Positions 35,097 to 49,781 of a stretch of DNA of 64,000 bases are shown one piece after another. Location of the stretch: positions 61,752,001 to 61,816,000 of the forward strand of contig CM060731.1 in assembly GCA_030704615.1 (NCBI GenBank). Direction: 5' to 3'. Source of the stretch: Takakia lepidozioides (taxonomy: Eukaryota > Plantae > Bryophyta). Both the position numbers and the translations under genes were made by a program. Positions within the stretch are counted from its first letter, which is position 1. Each line of letters starts with the position of its first letter. The notes below the pieces were generated by a model that was not told the DNA's origin, did no database searches, and worked only from the letters and a program-made list of their open reading frames with translations.

Positions 35097-36914
35097 GGGT
35101 TTCACTATTTGACTTGATTACACTAAGGAATTATGTGACTGTGCAAGTCAAATTTCAGGCTGACTTGTATCATGGAAACTCTCAATTAGGTTATCTAATT
35201 TGCGTCCGCTGAATTGGGGACTGGTTGCCAAGATTAATAGCTTACCAAGCACGCGGTTTTTGCAGAGTGAATCCTGAGAATTTAGGGGATGAAAATTTGA
35301 GAAAAGTGTTTGAGATGGCTCTGAGGTTGGGTGACAGCATTGTCAACACTGTAAATGTTCCTTTTCCCTCCCTCTTATGCCTGCCATATATCTCTATGAT
35401 CCCTATCAACCAGGAAACAGCACACAGATTTGTACCTCTTTGTTGTGGGATTACAGCTCATTCATCTTTCACTTGGTGTGGCTCACGTTATTTGGTTTTG
35501 TTTTATAAACTGCAAACTCCCACAGCAAAAGTTGCAAGGCCAAACTACATCTCATTGCCTCAAACAGATGCTTGCTTAGCAGTACGCCCTTAAGAGTTAT
35601 AAACCTCTCAAAGTAAACATACATTTAAAGACACGGTCTGTGATCTCATGATGACTGGCTGCTGCTCTCTCTTGCTAACTCAGATGCAGTGGAAATATTG
35701 TGCACTCACCTGATGGTGTTGTTTGCAGACGATTCACATGTTTGGTTGGGTACAGGAGCGAAGAGCGCATCACAGGTAGCAACACCTCTGCAAAAGTCAA
35801 GCTTTGTGCCATGATTTACAGAATACCTAGACTTAATACATTGCTGACTGCCAAGGATCTGCATTGTGAACAATGTTTGTGTTGCAGTCTGGTGTCATGG
35901 TCTAGTTTGGGTGAGTGAGCCCAGTTTAGTTGATCATACCGTGTGTGACAGAGAGAGGAGACATACGCTAAGGCATGGGGAGGGGAGAGAGGCAGTAAGG
36001 CAGGGGGAGGGAGCAAGTGAGGCCCTGGTGAGAGAGGATGCCTCTCTGTCTGATGCTACTCCAGAAACAAACCCCACCGCATAGACCGTTTCTGTAAGAG
36101 GACCAAGACAATTGAGTATCAACAAAAGTAAAGGTTGTTCTCTTTCTCTCTGTGCCGTCACTTTAGAGTATGGCTGCAAGAATTCACACAGGTGCCAATT
36201 GTATCTGAAAGAACGCATTGAACTGAAAGAATGCATTAAACGGATGCCTAGGCATTGAAAAGACTGAGGCAGTCCTTTTGGCCACCTGAAGACAAGGCTC
36301 CATTGGTCTGTTTCTGAATACGCGTGTATTCATGGAACATGTGGAGCCCTTGAGCCATAATGTGTTTGGACCACATTCCTGGCAGGTAAGGGAAGTCAAA
36401 GCAGCTGGTCTGTTCAGATGCCATGGAACCTCGTATCCCACCTCTGCCTGCTTTAACACCATTCCAGACACATTCCTGCAGAATCTTGTTAATCTGTGCA
36501 AGCACAACAATGCAAAGTGCTTAAGCTTGACTTCAACATTCACTCCATTCTTTATCCATGGCTGAGCTGGTGAATCCCATTTCAAATAGGTATGTAACCA
36601 AGTGCACCTGACTAATAACAAAAATGCTGCATCCAACCACTAGTTGACTGTCAATTCACATTCTTGGAATTAAAGTGCTCCTTTAGCTTGCAGATTTATT
36701 GAAGATGGAGACAAGATTGAATCAAATAAGAAAGTTACATTCTCCAGTTTCTAATGCTTCCTCAACTGCTTTCCCTTTTATCCCTCCGGTTTTCTATTAC
36801 AGCTCCAGTCCTTGAAGCCTCGGTGGTGTGAACCTCCACATCATAGACCCTCTTTGGAATATAATGTACATCAATTATGTTGAAAGAGCCTTATAATACA
36901 GTGGGTCCCAGCCC

Positions 36915-39900
36915 TCAGACATAGTAAGTCATGCCAACTTTCAATAAACTTGTATGAGGGACTCTCAGATGAAGTGTACTTGTCCTACAGTTACGGTGAA
37001 GAAAACTGTACACGTAATTTATGATAAATTTCTTCAAAACACTTGCCTCCTTTTTTGTTTGGACGTCACTGTGACCAAGCAAGTATATCACACCACCGGC
37101 CTCTTTTGCCTTGAATAAAAAGTTTATCTCATCCTCCATGGTCTGAGGAGATTGTAAACCATTTACATAACCTGCAATCTCATCACCATTCTCTGACATG
37201 TTCAACTTTTGCGGTGACATGGCTGAAGGTGTATCCCCCGGGGCATCACTGTGATCGATTGAATGAGGAGAAGAACTGCAGTTTTGATGGCCATATTCAG
37301 CCGAAGGGAGCCCACTGGATGCCAGTGTGTTTTCTGACACCTCAGTTCTGATGAAGTTTTCCAGGCTCTCCATGAGAAGCTCTTCGAAATTCTCATCATC
37401 GTTCCGCCAATCCGCATACCCATATCGTACAGCGCAGCGGAACATATGGTAATCCCGTGGTCCCACTCGCCGTATAAGTATACGCTCTTGTGGGGGTACT
37501 GAGCTGACAGGCAAATCTCTTACGTTGACAAAGACCAGAGTTGAATGAATTGCAGGAATATTTGTGATGAAGTGAGCAAAAATGGCTGGAACACCTTGTC
37601 CGAGCTCAGTGTACACCAGGCAAATCCCACGGACACGCACCAACCCAAGACTGGAGCCAAGACGGCTCAAGACCCAGTCCATGGAGATCTTATGCTGAAC
37701 TTCAAATTCATACTTCTTCCGTGTACCATAGTGCCATGAGAACATGATTAATAGGAAGGATGCTGCAAACACAAGAGGGACCCACCCACCCTGGTCGACC
37801 TTGAACAGCACAGAGGAGAAATAGACCCCTTCAACAGACCCAAAAATCAATAAGAACGGGATCACTAAAATTAATCTGGTTTGCCAAATCATCACCATGA
37901 TTAATGTGAGAAGGCTCGTGGTCACCAGCATGACTCCTACAACTGCAATGCCTGCAGCCCCCCAAACAAAGAGCCGTATTCAGTCACAACCTCTCTCTGC
38001 TGCAGACTCTTTCTCTATGCCCTACTACTGGAAGACAAAAAGGAAACACAAAACCACAAAAAATGGTGAAAGCCTTTCAGGAAGGCAGTGGATCCATTCT
38101 GCTTTCTGATGGCTTCCATTATCCAAAATTTGTGCCGTTTGGTCTATAGCAAGAGGAGTATATGAAGGAAAAGTCAAATGAGCATGTGTCACTCTCTCCA
38201 ACTCTTGTGGTATGACTGGTTACAGTTTCAACTAACCTTTGAGAGCACAAGCAGAGGTCACAATAATCCTTTCATAAACATATGATAAAGCATGAAAGAC
38301 AAACTTACCATAAGCATTTCCAATGGTGGCGGTACTCCGGAACCCAGCCACGATCACTATGCACAGTATCATAAGAATCCAGTTGATCTCCGGGATGTAG
38401 ATCTGGCCATGGTATTTCTTGGAGGTATGAACAACAGTGACCCGTGGGAAACAACCGAGTGCCATTGACTGCTTTACAATGGAGAATGTGGCTGAAATCA
38501 TGGCCTGGCTAGCAATTACAGATGCCATTGTGGCCACCACAAACATTGGCCAAAAGATAGGCTCTGTACCCCACATAACAAACCCCAGAAGTTCTATTCC
38601 ATCAGTGAATTATTAGCATCTTGTTGGTACAAAAATGCTTCAGTGCTACAAATGGCACTAACACTAACATGCGTGATGTGCTAGTAATACACACACATGG
38701 AACACCATCTCTTATTGCGATAAAAACTACCAGAGGATGTTGAAAATGATCAGCATAAGACGGTTGTCTAAACTACTTTTCATATGCACATCTGAGGTTG
38801 GGAGAGGGTGTGGGAGAGAGAATGGGGTCTTTTTATGGGGGAGTAAAGGGATTTTACTTGGAACGGATCTGTAGAACGAATACTCAACATCGTAAGACGT
38901 GTTGTACTTCATGAGGTATGCAGCCTGGCCAATATAGGCCAACAGCAAGCAGGGAAACACCAAGGTTGTGAAGGCAATCTAAAATCCATCCAGGCAAGAT
39001 CAGCGCCCCAGTTATTACCTGACATACACATTTCTCTCTCGCTCTCTTCTCCTCTGGTCTATGGCCACAAGGCTATGGAAAAAAACACCTTACGAGTACA
39101 TTCTGTCTGTCTGTCTCTCTCTCTTGGGAGAAGGGAAAATACCCCAGAATGGACTTTATAAACCAACGGCCTCAAACAAAACCTTGCCAGCCAAGAAATG
39201 CCATCCCAGAAATGGTCATCCAGAGTAACACGCCGAATGCAGACCAAGCAGGGGAAAGTGGTTGGGCTAATCATACAAGACAAAGGCAGCCAAACAAGGA
39301 GACGGGAGGTAAAAGCCCCAGAAAACCAGCACCTAATCCACTAAACCACTCTCTCTCTAATTCCTTCCTCTACTTTGTCCTATAGGCGTTTTGCTATAGA
39401 CTTTAATCAGGTTTCTATTAAAAGGCAAATACATCCTACCTGAATGGACTTCACCGTGAAGTGGCCCAAATCTGCAAACATGGCTTCAGTTCCTGCAGCA
39501 GGTCGAGGTGTCATCCAGGAAACAAGTAAGAATACTGTTTTCTCTTATTGAAGCCAGATTTCTGACCAAACATATGTAGTCTTCAATTTGCTTGCATGCA
39601 AGGCAAAAATGGTCATACAAATTCTTTCACAAATCCTGGTGATGTTGTCTGCCAACAGAATCGTGAGGAGAAAACAAGAGCATATGATCAAACATCCCAG
39701 CTGCTTAACACTTGCCTGTGATGCAGAGTACAATGCCTCCAAGTGAGACCCATCCTCTCTTCTTGTTTTGCTTGAAATACAGATAAATATATTGGGGATT
39801 GAAGGCCCGGAAGATGCTTGGATCATGCTTGAAAATGTTGTACAGTCCAATGAGGCCGATTGAGACAAACCACACAAGCACCACTGGTGCAAACAAGAAA

Positions 39901-42900
39901 CTCACCTGCAAAGCCCAGTTATGTCCTCATTGTTGACTGAAATATCCTGTGTGACATTCAAAGACGGGAGAAACATGCATGATCTCTTTAGCTAGACCCA
40001 GAATCTCTCAACCTTCAGTCTTTTCAACCATGGCATAAATAACTGCTCTTGCTCTCTCTCTCTGATGGACTTGTTCCTGTACCTCTGTTTACCAACTTCG
40101 AAATTCTCGTGGCTGAGCCGAAAGCCCAGGCCCTTTTGGGGTCTAGTTATTGGGCAAATCACACACAGCAGATAGATGGTTGTGTGAAGGGATTTCTAGA
40201 GGATATCTGGAAAACTTGGAGCAATTGCATGTTTCAAGGTAAGTCATACTACTGCGTCAGCCCCTGACAAAGGTAGTTTCTGTCCCTTTGCGCGGGGTCA
40301 ATGGCCACAAGGCTACGGCAAACAATGTCTTATGAGTACATTCTCTCCAGGTGGTAGAGGCCTTGTAGTTCTTACAGTTCTACTGGGTCCCCTGGGTTGT
40401 CTGGATCTCCTGTGAACCTAGCAATTTTTTCTTTGTGCCATACAAGGGTGCAGCAAGTTAAGTGTAATGAATACATGGATGATCTGTCTGCTTACCCACC
40501 TTGTTTGTACCAAATCGCTGCAGGGAGAACAGCCCTACCAATATCACGATTGTCACAATGACCACAATATCTGCACCGCAACATCAATTCATGTCACCCT
40601 GATGTTGCACCATGGAACAAAATCTGCCAAATATGCCTTCATGTTTCTATCATCAGTACAATTTTCAACATCCGCAATATGCAAAGGCCTGCCAGGGATT
40701 TCAACCTCTGCGAGTTCCAGCCAGATTCTCTTAAGCAAACATAGCATCAAGGAAAAATAATACAATGCTTACTCTTGTTGAGGCTGGGCACTTCCACTTT
40801 AATTCCTTGGACAGCTGACAGCACTGCAGCCAAACTGGTGTCTGTTAAAATCAATAATACGAACGCCGACTGGCACCAACATGACTAGAAAATGGGCCCC
40901 CATGGATTACAGGAACTGGGGTTTTGAGTATATCGCAATTACCAAGTCTTCCTTCTGAACTGTTCACAATTCAGAACACAATGCCTGACAATGTCAAGGA
41001 CAAAAACAAGCACTCTGCAAATCCATGCCTTCTATATAAAATTTGATATCTGACAGTAAGTACCATTGTCTAGGGGGGAATTTATAATTGCTTTAACGGG
41101 AGGGGGAAGGGAGGGTCTACCTGAAATTGCAGGAGTGAGGACCCCGTCACCAATTACGAGACATGTGCCCAGGAGAACAATAACAACCAACAGGTTTTGC
41201 AAGCCCCTGCTCTTCTCTAGCCGCTCCTTCATGCGTGAGGCCCGTGTGAGTTCCTTAGATGGCAGATTGAGATTGTAGGTGGACAGCTCACGGTCAGCTG
41301 GCAGCTGATCACCCACAAGGCTCACTCGAGCATGCCGACATATCAGCGAATACAGTGCAAATGTACCCCCTACACAAGTAAAATGAGTAGAAGCCATTGG
41401 TCATCTGGAGAGTATGATGTTTCTAGAATTCTCCTCTCTCTCTCTCTCATTGCCAAAGTAGCTCAAAATTCAGAACCCCTTCATATACCAAGACTCTCTA
41501 CAGAATTCCCACCATGTTTGGCAATCTGTACCACATAAATCTTCTCCAAAAACCAATTCCAAACATGAAGACTCTCCACAGAAAACCCCAAACCAAGGAA
41601 CCGCAAATTAAATGATGGTTTGAACAGTCAATAAATTCATTCCTCTCTGAGATGCCTGTTTCTCTTTAACTTCAGTATACTGAATAAAAAATGCCTGGGC
41701 TCACCTTCTCCATGGTCGTTAGCCCGCAACACAATAAACACATATTTGATGAGGGGAATGAGAGCAAGTGTATAGATAATGAGCGAGAGAGCGCCCAAAA
41801 TATCAATGGAATTGACACTCAGATTGGAAAGAGTGCTGCTAAACACATAGAGAGGGGATGTGCCAACATCTCCATAGACCACACCGATGCTCTGGTAAGC
41901 CAACTGCAGTATAACTGACATTGACAGCACCTGCAGGCCAACAGATGCCGGTGTGTAAGAGAAAGAGAGAACAGCGTTCCAGCCCATTTTCAACAACACA
42001 TTGCAGCAGGCCGGGTTTTTTTCTCAAAGATCCTTTCTTTGCAGGACATCTTGAGGGAGGACATCTTGGATGACCTCAAGGGTCTACCCACTCTCGGCAC
42101 TAGACTGAAATTTAAACTCAGGGCAGGAAGCCTACCTTTGAACAGCAAACAGAAGCAGAGAGGAAAGGGAGAGTGCAATTGCCCGTTGTGTGGGCAATCT
42201 GAAGACAGTATTCATTTTCTGATACACTGTCCGGGGTTCTCTCACCAAAGAGACGCTCTCTTCAAATCTATTAAGGGAATTGTGCCTGTACCCCTGTTTA
42301 CCAACTTTGAAAGTCTCGAGGCTGAGCCAAAAGCCCAGGCCCTCCTGAGGCCTAGTTTTTGGGCAAATCACACACAGCAGATTGATGCTTGTGTGAAGGG
42401 ATTTCTAGAGGATATCTGGAAAACCCGGATTAATTCTTTATATGGAGGTAAGTCTTACTACCAACGTCAGCCCCTGACAGAGGTAGGTTCTGTCCCTTTT
42501 GTTCCCGCTCAAACTGGGCGCGGGGTCAATGGCCACAAGGCTACGGCAAACAACGTCTTATGAGTACAATCTTTGCAGGTCAAGTGGTTGACTGTGAAAT
42601 TTTGTGGAGTTAAAGTGTGGTCAATCAATGTCCCTCTAGGTATTGTTCAAGGAAAAGTAACAATTGTAGGAAGTGAAGTGACCAGTGCCTCCATTGAGAG
42701 ACAAGTATGTACTGAGTAGATGGTAGTTTTGGCCTCACACAGTCATTAGTAGGCAGCAGCAGCTGCAGTGGTCCAGATAAACATTAGATTACCATCTTCA
42801 AAGCTATCAGGCTTTCTGGCCAAAACCATGACCTGTCCAGCAGCTTTCAGCAGGTACATCCAAGCTCATATCCCGGTAGTACCAGACAGATTAAAAGGCA

Positions 42901-43496
42901 CTGGATGTATGAAACACTAGAACCGGAAGTTACTGAGCAGTAAACTATTAGGTTCCACCTGCAAATTTGTTAGCAGAAACCAGGGACCAGTTAACCACAA
43001 AGGCAGTGCCACTGTAAGATATGTTCTATAAGAAATATTTCCCTCCTGATGAAACAAACTTCAACAATTCTCTTAGTATGTCTCAGAATCTTATCAGAAA
43101 ATGAGTGCATCCCTAACGCTATAGATTAGCCATATCCAAATTTGCACGTTCTAACAATAATATTTCTGTGATCGCATCTCTGAACAATACTTGGACCAGG
43201 AAATAACAGCAAAAAAGAACCTTATGTCGCTGATCCATGCCCCGGATACTCATCGCTTCCACGTCGAGTGAATCAAATCTGGTCAACTTGCGGGTTAATC
43301 GACGATGAGCTCCTCCACTCCCATTTGATTGAGTAGATTTCTCACGATTCAAGGAGGACAGTTTCTCACCCTCAATGTCCTCATCGGCATCAGTCTCCAC
43401 CCCTGGAGGTTCGCCCTTCTCCACTTCATCACCTCTGAGACTCTCTGGAGGCTCTGACCCAACGTCTTGTAACTCCATTTTACTCCTGGTATTCAT
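36915..43496 (-). CDS. KUP/HAK/KT potassium transporter, 10 exons, apparently intact
   Basis: Exons 43496-43221, 41930-41705, 41369-41121, 40823-40773, 40570-40500, 39905-39716, 39492-39440, 38978-38858, 38563-38309, 37951-36915. Motifs [68 protein letters not shown]-term [10 protein letters not shown]. Confidence 0.95.
39055..39125 (+). mobile_element. LINE 3'-tail fragment (KUP intron 7)
   Basis: ATGGCCACAAGGCTA..CTTACGAGTACA followed by TC-rich tail; same as 42530-42569. Confidence 0.7.
40065..40345 (+). mobile_element. 5'-truncated LINE copy (KUP intron 5)
   Basis: Close match to 42276-42569 ([28 protein letters not shown]). Confidence 0.85.
42046..42569 (+). mobile_element. 5'-truncated LINE (ORF2 C-terminus with CCHC finger), KUP intron 1
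   Basis: [31 protein letters not shown]; perfect 10-bp TSD TCTTTGCAGG at 42036-42045 and 42570-42579. Confidence 0.9.
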
Positions 43497-46299
43497 GGCG
43501 CCCTGGCCCACTTCCTACTGATAAAGAACTTTGCAATACTGAATCACTCTGTACCCAGTATTCTACTGCAGGAGAACACGCTGCTCTGTCCGTCTGTTTA
43601 TGTGTGTGTGAGAGAGAGAGGGAGCGGGGTAAGATAATACACTCCAGCTGCTGCAGTGTAGCAATTGCGTTGGTTGCCTGAACACAAAAATGAAACGATT
43701 GAGGGAAGAAGTGCAGATGGCATGCACACAAGAAAGAATCGAAAGATTAAACTGTGGAGAAGCTTCTCTGAACTAAAGCCCGAAGACGACTTCAATATTA
43801 AAAGTTACTCCGAAATACCAAAAGCACCGCTACTTTGTTGAGTGAAAATTCGCGGTGACACAGGTATCCGATTCAAAACTAGACGAAAATGCGCTCAGAG
43901 TTCTAGAAAGGACCCTGGGAGCTACCCATGCATCGAGCCTGCTCTAAAACGGCTTACGATAATAAATGGTGTTGCCCTGTCAAGTGTAGGCGCAAATAAT
44001 TCAGGATACACAGCAATCTAACGAAGAATGGGATGAGACGACATCTCGAAAAAATAAACAGGACAAAGTTAGGCGGGAATCTTCTTCTCGGGCTTTGTCA
44101 AGGTGCAATGCAGTTCACAGATGGTGATGGCCACACCAACGGTGTATCCCTCTCAGGATTCGGTCAGATGTAGGTAGTAAAATTAATGGCGAAAAGCGGA
44201 AAAATCCCTGACTTCAATTGCCAGAAGCCACGGAGGCAGAGCAACACCCGGCAGACCTCTAGCGATGTGTAGCTACGCAGAGGAGGCACTTATGGCAACT
44301 ATGCAATTATGGCAACGTAAGGCTGGGGAGAATATTTACATTTCTTTGGAGATTCCTGAACCAGACACGCGAAGGTACAATCCTTCAAAATATTCCTCTC
44401 CTCCCCTCCCTCTTAGACACACGGGTACATGATTTGCAAAGACCCGTAAAGTTTTCCCAAATCTAAATCAGAAACACGAGACAAGAACACTGCACGGTGC
44501 CAAATCAGATTTTCCAATCACCTCCACAAAACCACACACACAGAGGCGAGCAACGAACAACCTTGGATAGCGTCTCTCTTCCTCACGCACACACACCTGC
44601 GCGCATATGTCAGCAACCAGGAGAAGCTGCTGGCCCCTCCGACTTCAGGAGCTCGTGAGTCCGCTTTCTTACCAGCCGGGAAACCCAACCGTCGATATCC
44701 AGAGTCGCCGGCGGCATATAGCATATAGCGGCCCCTGTGCATGTCAGCCCGCACTTTGAAATGTACCTTTTTATCCCTTCGCAATACATTTCTACATTGC
44801 TGCTTTTATTTTCCCGTCTGTATGTGAAGCACCGACGAAAACTTTCCTTTGAGAGTTGCTTATTTGGCAGAATTTTGTCTCGGGCCAGTCTGAGGACCAT
44901 TGCCAAAAGCAAACTTGCCATACGAAAAATTAGGTTTCCTCCTCCACTGAAACTGGATCCCTTTATAAAAATTAAGGTCTTCTGCATGGCGAAGGGGTGG
45001 ATGGTAGTTGACCAGGGGTCATCTGCCTCAACCCAACCCGGGGTTGAGAGCTGACCAAGCACGGTGCTATCCACACGTGCTGGAGCGGAACATCGCCGGT
45101 GGAAGCATAGCCACGTGGTGGGCCTACAGATCCAGATGGCGTCAAACGCGGCTGTAATGCGCCTCGCAAGCCGGTTCCTTGCCCACTCTGCACACTCTGC
45201 CCGCTGTCTCCACTCGGGTCCACCCTGCGCTCTCCCGGGCCTCCTCACACGTGTGTTCTTGCCATATTTTTATCGTCTCACTGTACCGATACTTTCTCTA
45301 CCAGTGTGGGCTCCTATGTATTTGGCAACCCCAACAAACTCCCCGGAATCAAATTCATGTTCGCGGGGACATGATATGATTGGTACAGTGCCCCCCATGA
45401 ATCGCAGTCCAGAATCATTCAAGTTGAATTTTTGATTGGATGCTTGTTCGTCCAGAAGGATCAGAAATAGAGGTCGGATGCGTTGACCCAGAGTTTCGGT
45501 TCCTCCACAGTGTCCACACCTTTCCTTTGATCACACCTGGACCACCCAAACTTCAAAGGAAGGAAAACTAGTTGTTGCAAGTTGCGATCATGTGTCGGTT
45601 TCTCCGTACTCATGCAAGAATTGATGCAAACAACAATCCGGCCCCACAAATAAAGTGTGAAAGTGCAATACGGAAGTGTTCACGTACTCATCCAAAGATC
45701 GGGCATGGATTGGTACACAATGTACTCTCGTTGAAAGATCGAGCGAAAAACGGAAGAAATGTGTTGGACAAACCCACATAGATTGCGACCGGAACAGTTT
45801 GGGTATTTGTCGCATAGCAATGCGTACAAGTCCGTGCACTTTCAATTGTTGCCCGGAAGCTGGTCAAATGTTTTCTGGTCGCGGGCAGCCTGCCCGCTCT
45901 CTCTACTAGATAGAGCCGGTCGCAGCGACCGGCGGGCGAGGCGGGCGGCGCTGGGTTTCTATTTGTACGTGGACGCCCGGTGGACGCCGAGTCATATCTC
46001 CCCGGCCGGCATTCCCGCGGGGCGGGGGCCACTCCGCGGTCGCTGGCTGCGGCCTAGCCACCACCGTGATGATCTCCGGGGATCCAAACACGTTTATCCA
46101 AACAGATTTAATAATTTAAATATGGAAATAAAGTTAAACGTGAAAATATGTGACGATGTGGGCCATATCAATGGATGGATGAATAGAAGACAAGGACGGA
46201 TGGAGTTGAGGACGGAACCCTTTCTAAAACCCTGAATGCGAGCAGGTCAGTCTCTCTCTCTCTCTCTCTCTCGCGGATATTAGGTTATTTGTCGATGCA

Positions 46300-48890
46300 A
46301 TGGCGGGCATGCCGGATCCTCTCACAGAATGTCCACCGCCTTCCCGCTTCGATCCGGACGAGCTCAACAATTTTGTTCCTCCCTCACCATCTGCGGCTCT
46401 CGGCCCGCCGTTTGTAGTGGTGCGTTGCTTGCGGTAGAGCTGAAAAATGACAGTTGATTCTTTACCTATTAGACTGTGATTTCTCGCAGGCAGGCTAGCA
46501 CTTTGCGTTTGGAAGGATGTGATACAAGCCCCGATCTTTAGATTCTGAACATGTGCGTGTGACCGCTCGAGGTATCAAGAATAATATGTCAACGTCTGAA
46601 CAAAATGGTGTCGAGTACGTTATATTACATGCATGCATGTCATGTATGACACAATGCGGGTGCTGATTTGCAGTGGGCTCCTTGGGCCAGGGCTCTTCTC
46701 CAATCCGGCGTTCTTCGGCCTCAGCTTCTTCTCGTCTCTTTATCCAATGTAGGCGCCCACCTGCTTCACCAATTACCCAACAAGAAGATACTTGGCTCGA
46801 TCATGCTTCCCGAGATATCGATGGTTAGTTTTCTTGCTCCCGCAGGCACTCTCTTCCCCTAGTGTGATCCAACCGAAATGGACATGGGTTCTATCTCTAT
46901 GGGGGCTCGTGCAGGTGCTGGTTGTTAGGGTTTCAGCAACAGTGCTTGAATGTGATTTCCAAGCACAATATCTTACGTATGTAAGTCTTCAGTTGCCCTG
47001 GAAAGAATTCTGGAAATCTTAGTAGATCTTCTCTCAAGTCTCTACTCCGTGTGAGGATCATAGGCAGTTATTGATCACCACGGCTCTGGTGACATGCCAT
47101 TAAACCGCTTTTGGTGTTGTATTCACAGGTGAATAATACAGTAGAGCCAAGCCCACACAACAGAGAATGCTATTTGTATGTAGTGGACTCAGATGGTTTA
47201 CTTGTACTGGCATCTGTGCAATACAACGTGTCACCAGAACGGGCCAGGTTATGGGCCAAGACCGTTTTTCAGGCTATTCAGCCTGACAGGTCTCTTTCCC
47301 CATTCTCCCCTCAACGTCATTCGAAGGATTGCAGTCGCCTTCTTTAATTTTGTTAGGTTTTTTTATTGGCTTAATGGACAATTCAACTTCATTTCTTCTT
47401 TCATCAGCCATTAGAGATAAGCATAGCTCCATGCATTTGCAAATTTAACTTGTGCTCATGCTTCCATTTTAATATGTCAGGACAGGAAATTGTTTCTAGA
47501 TGGCCAATTTTGTAAGTGCAGAGGCCGCAGTCTAATTGTGTCATGTCAAATCAACCGACAAATGGCTTGTTTGATGTGTTGCACTTCCAGACTACAATCC
47601 TCTCATGGTATCATATACTGGAAATAGTCATCTGAGTTTTTAAGCTAGGAGGCTTAAAACTAAGCACCATCTAATAGAAACCTCAAGCTCATTTCTAGCG
47701 CATGTTTCAGGTTTATCAACCACTCTACCAACTTACAGTAAACCTCCATGTCCTGGGCTGCTCCACACAGAAGGAAAGGCAAACCCACTAAGTCAGCTTT
47801 TGCCTGGTGTTAGATATGTGCATTGTGTTTGTATGGGTCCCAGGGTGCTTTAACGCTGCTGCAGGATTACCAGTTGTTGAAGGTCTTGAAGACAAAAGAT
47901 CATTTTCTATCATTTTGACTATATTAACGGAATGCATGGCGGGGGATGTGTTCTGGGTGTTGAAGAGTGTTGTTGCTGGGACCCATAGCAAGCATTCATT
48001 TCAGGGGAAAACTGTCAGCTGATGAGCCTTTGTTGTTTGTCTTGGAAACTGACCAACAAAAGGTAACCCTTTCGTCTTCGTTTTTCTGTCTTATCTCTTT
48101 TATTTGCTCCCCCTCCGGTTGTTCATCTGCCTTCAATTGGTGTGAATCCTCGTAATTTGTTTCTATTTAGTAAGTGGTGTGAGGATTATGTTTTGCATTC
48201 TGCAGGCAGAGAACAAGGAGGAAATGCCTGTAGCCACACACTTTCCATCGGGTAGTTTAGTGGATGGTGCTGCTGCTGCTCTTCTCACTCATGTACGGTT
48301 GACTTCACAAAATCCTTTTCCCTGTTTGGTTGTGTGTTTGAGTCTCTCTTTCTTTCTTTCTGTTTTGTGGAAAAGGGAAAACACTCAGTTGACTTCATCT
48401 TTATCACAACCTTGGCAAGCCAAGAAACAGCCCCAGATAGGGTCAGTAATCAGAAACACACTACCAAACAAAATAAAACTGCTGTTTCCCAACCAGGAGA
48501 GCTTGGTTGACCTAGGAAGGAAGCAGTACCAAAATGGAAGCAGAGGCAGAAGCCCCAGAACACCAGCACCTAGTCTAAAAAGGCTTAGATGGCTGTGTGG
48601 AAGCACAAGTAATCATAGCCCCCGATGTTGGTCTCTCTGCTTATTGATGTGAACTTTTTGTAATCTGTCATTCACTTGGAGCTTTGGTGCAGTGCCAATT
48701 GGGAGGGCACAAAGCGCGATTGTTAATGGCATGGCCTGACACTGACATGACGGTTGTGCGCCAGCTGGCATCAGCTATAACCACTCTTGTTCATCATGCT
48801 ATGCCTCAATACTCGAGCCCTGACTTCATTGCAGCAGGGAAGGCAACTGTAGGGAGGAAAATCCAAGCTGATTCAGAGCTCTATTTGTGA
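46300..48890 (+). CDS. PAC1: Proteasome assembly chaperone 1 (PSMG1/PAC1 homologue), 6 exons, 270 aa
   Basis: Exons 46300-46419, 46674-46823, 47129-47289, 47966-48062, 48206-48292, 48693-48890 splice in frame. N-term DPLTECPPPSRF..LNNF, FRGKLSADE, FPSGSLVDG and C-terminal HbYX-type ELYL match plant PAC1. Confidence 0.85.
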
Positions 48891-49781
48891 GGCAAGCAAC
48901 TCCAGTTTACTCAATTGTCAGAAGGATGGGACTCCCTCGTTATTCATGTTTTGACCCTTTACTGATCGATTGTCTTCAAGAACTATGATCATCATCTTAG
49001 GTTCATAACACCTCACTAGGCAATTGCTTAGGTAATCAGATATACTTACAATGCAGGCAGTATTCAATACACCATCTATACATGCATGGGGTTCATTAGG
49101 AAGTGCTAAGGAAGGCTATGTCTATGTCGGTCTGTCCAAGGAGTGATCAGTGCGGATGACTGACTAAAATGGATAGGACTGGAAATCCTGTTGGTAAAAT
49201 TCATCCCCGTTTAAACGTTTGAACCTCAAACTGGGGAGTTAGCTGATCAACTCTATCTTGCTGTATGGTATACAATATTGTATTGACGGTCCAGAAAATG
49301 ACCATCCTAAGGATCTTGACTAGTTGAGCCAACTACAACTGTGTTCAGCTTCTGCCAAATGCTGTTGTAGATAGTAAACAAAACCATTGCAGGCATGGTT
49401 GACCCGCCCTTGCAGTGTCAGGCAACCTTATGGGATTCCTTGTACTGGTGGAACTTTAGATGTAGGGCCACAATAAAAGGGAGGCAGCCCAGGCACCCCC
49501 CAAAAAAACTGGTGCAATCCAGTCTCCATGTGGGTGTACTTAAAAGTTTCAGACCACAATTGCAAAAATGGACCATGTAGTACGGTGTGGCTCCACAAAG
49601 ACTAGGTCTGGAATTTTGGCTGGTCCCTGGTTCATTCCACAGAACACGGCCAGCACCTTGCTGTATCGATGAGGTTGTTTTACCTGGTCGAAGTCGATGG
49701 CTGTCCTTCCGATACAATGGACTAGTTACGCACCTGTTGATGGTTGTCCTTCAATACAAAGTACTAGCTACGCACGGTAAC

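Noticed and set aside
44518-46235. GC-rich overlapping ORFs between KUP and PAC1
   Set aside because: No recognisable domains; consistent with divergent promoter or 5' UTR sequence.
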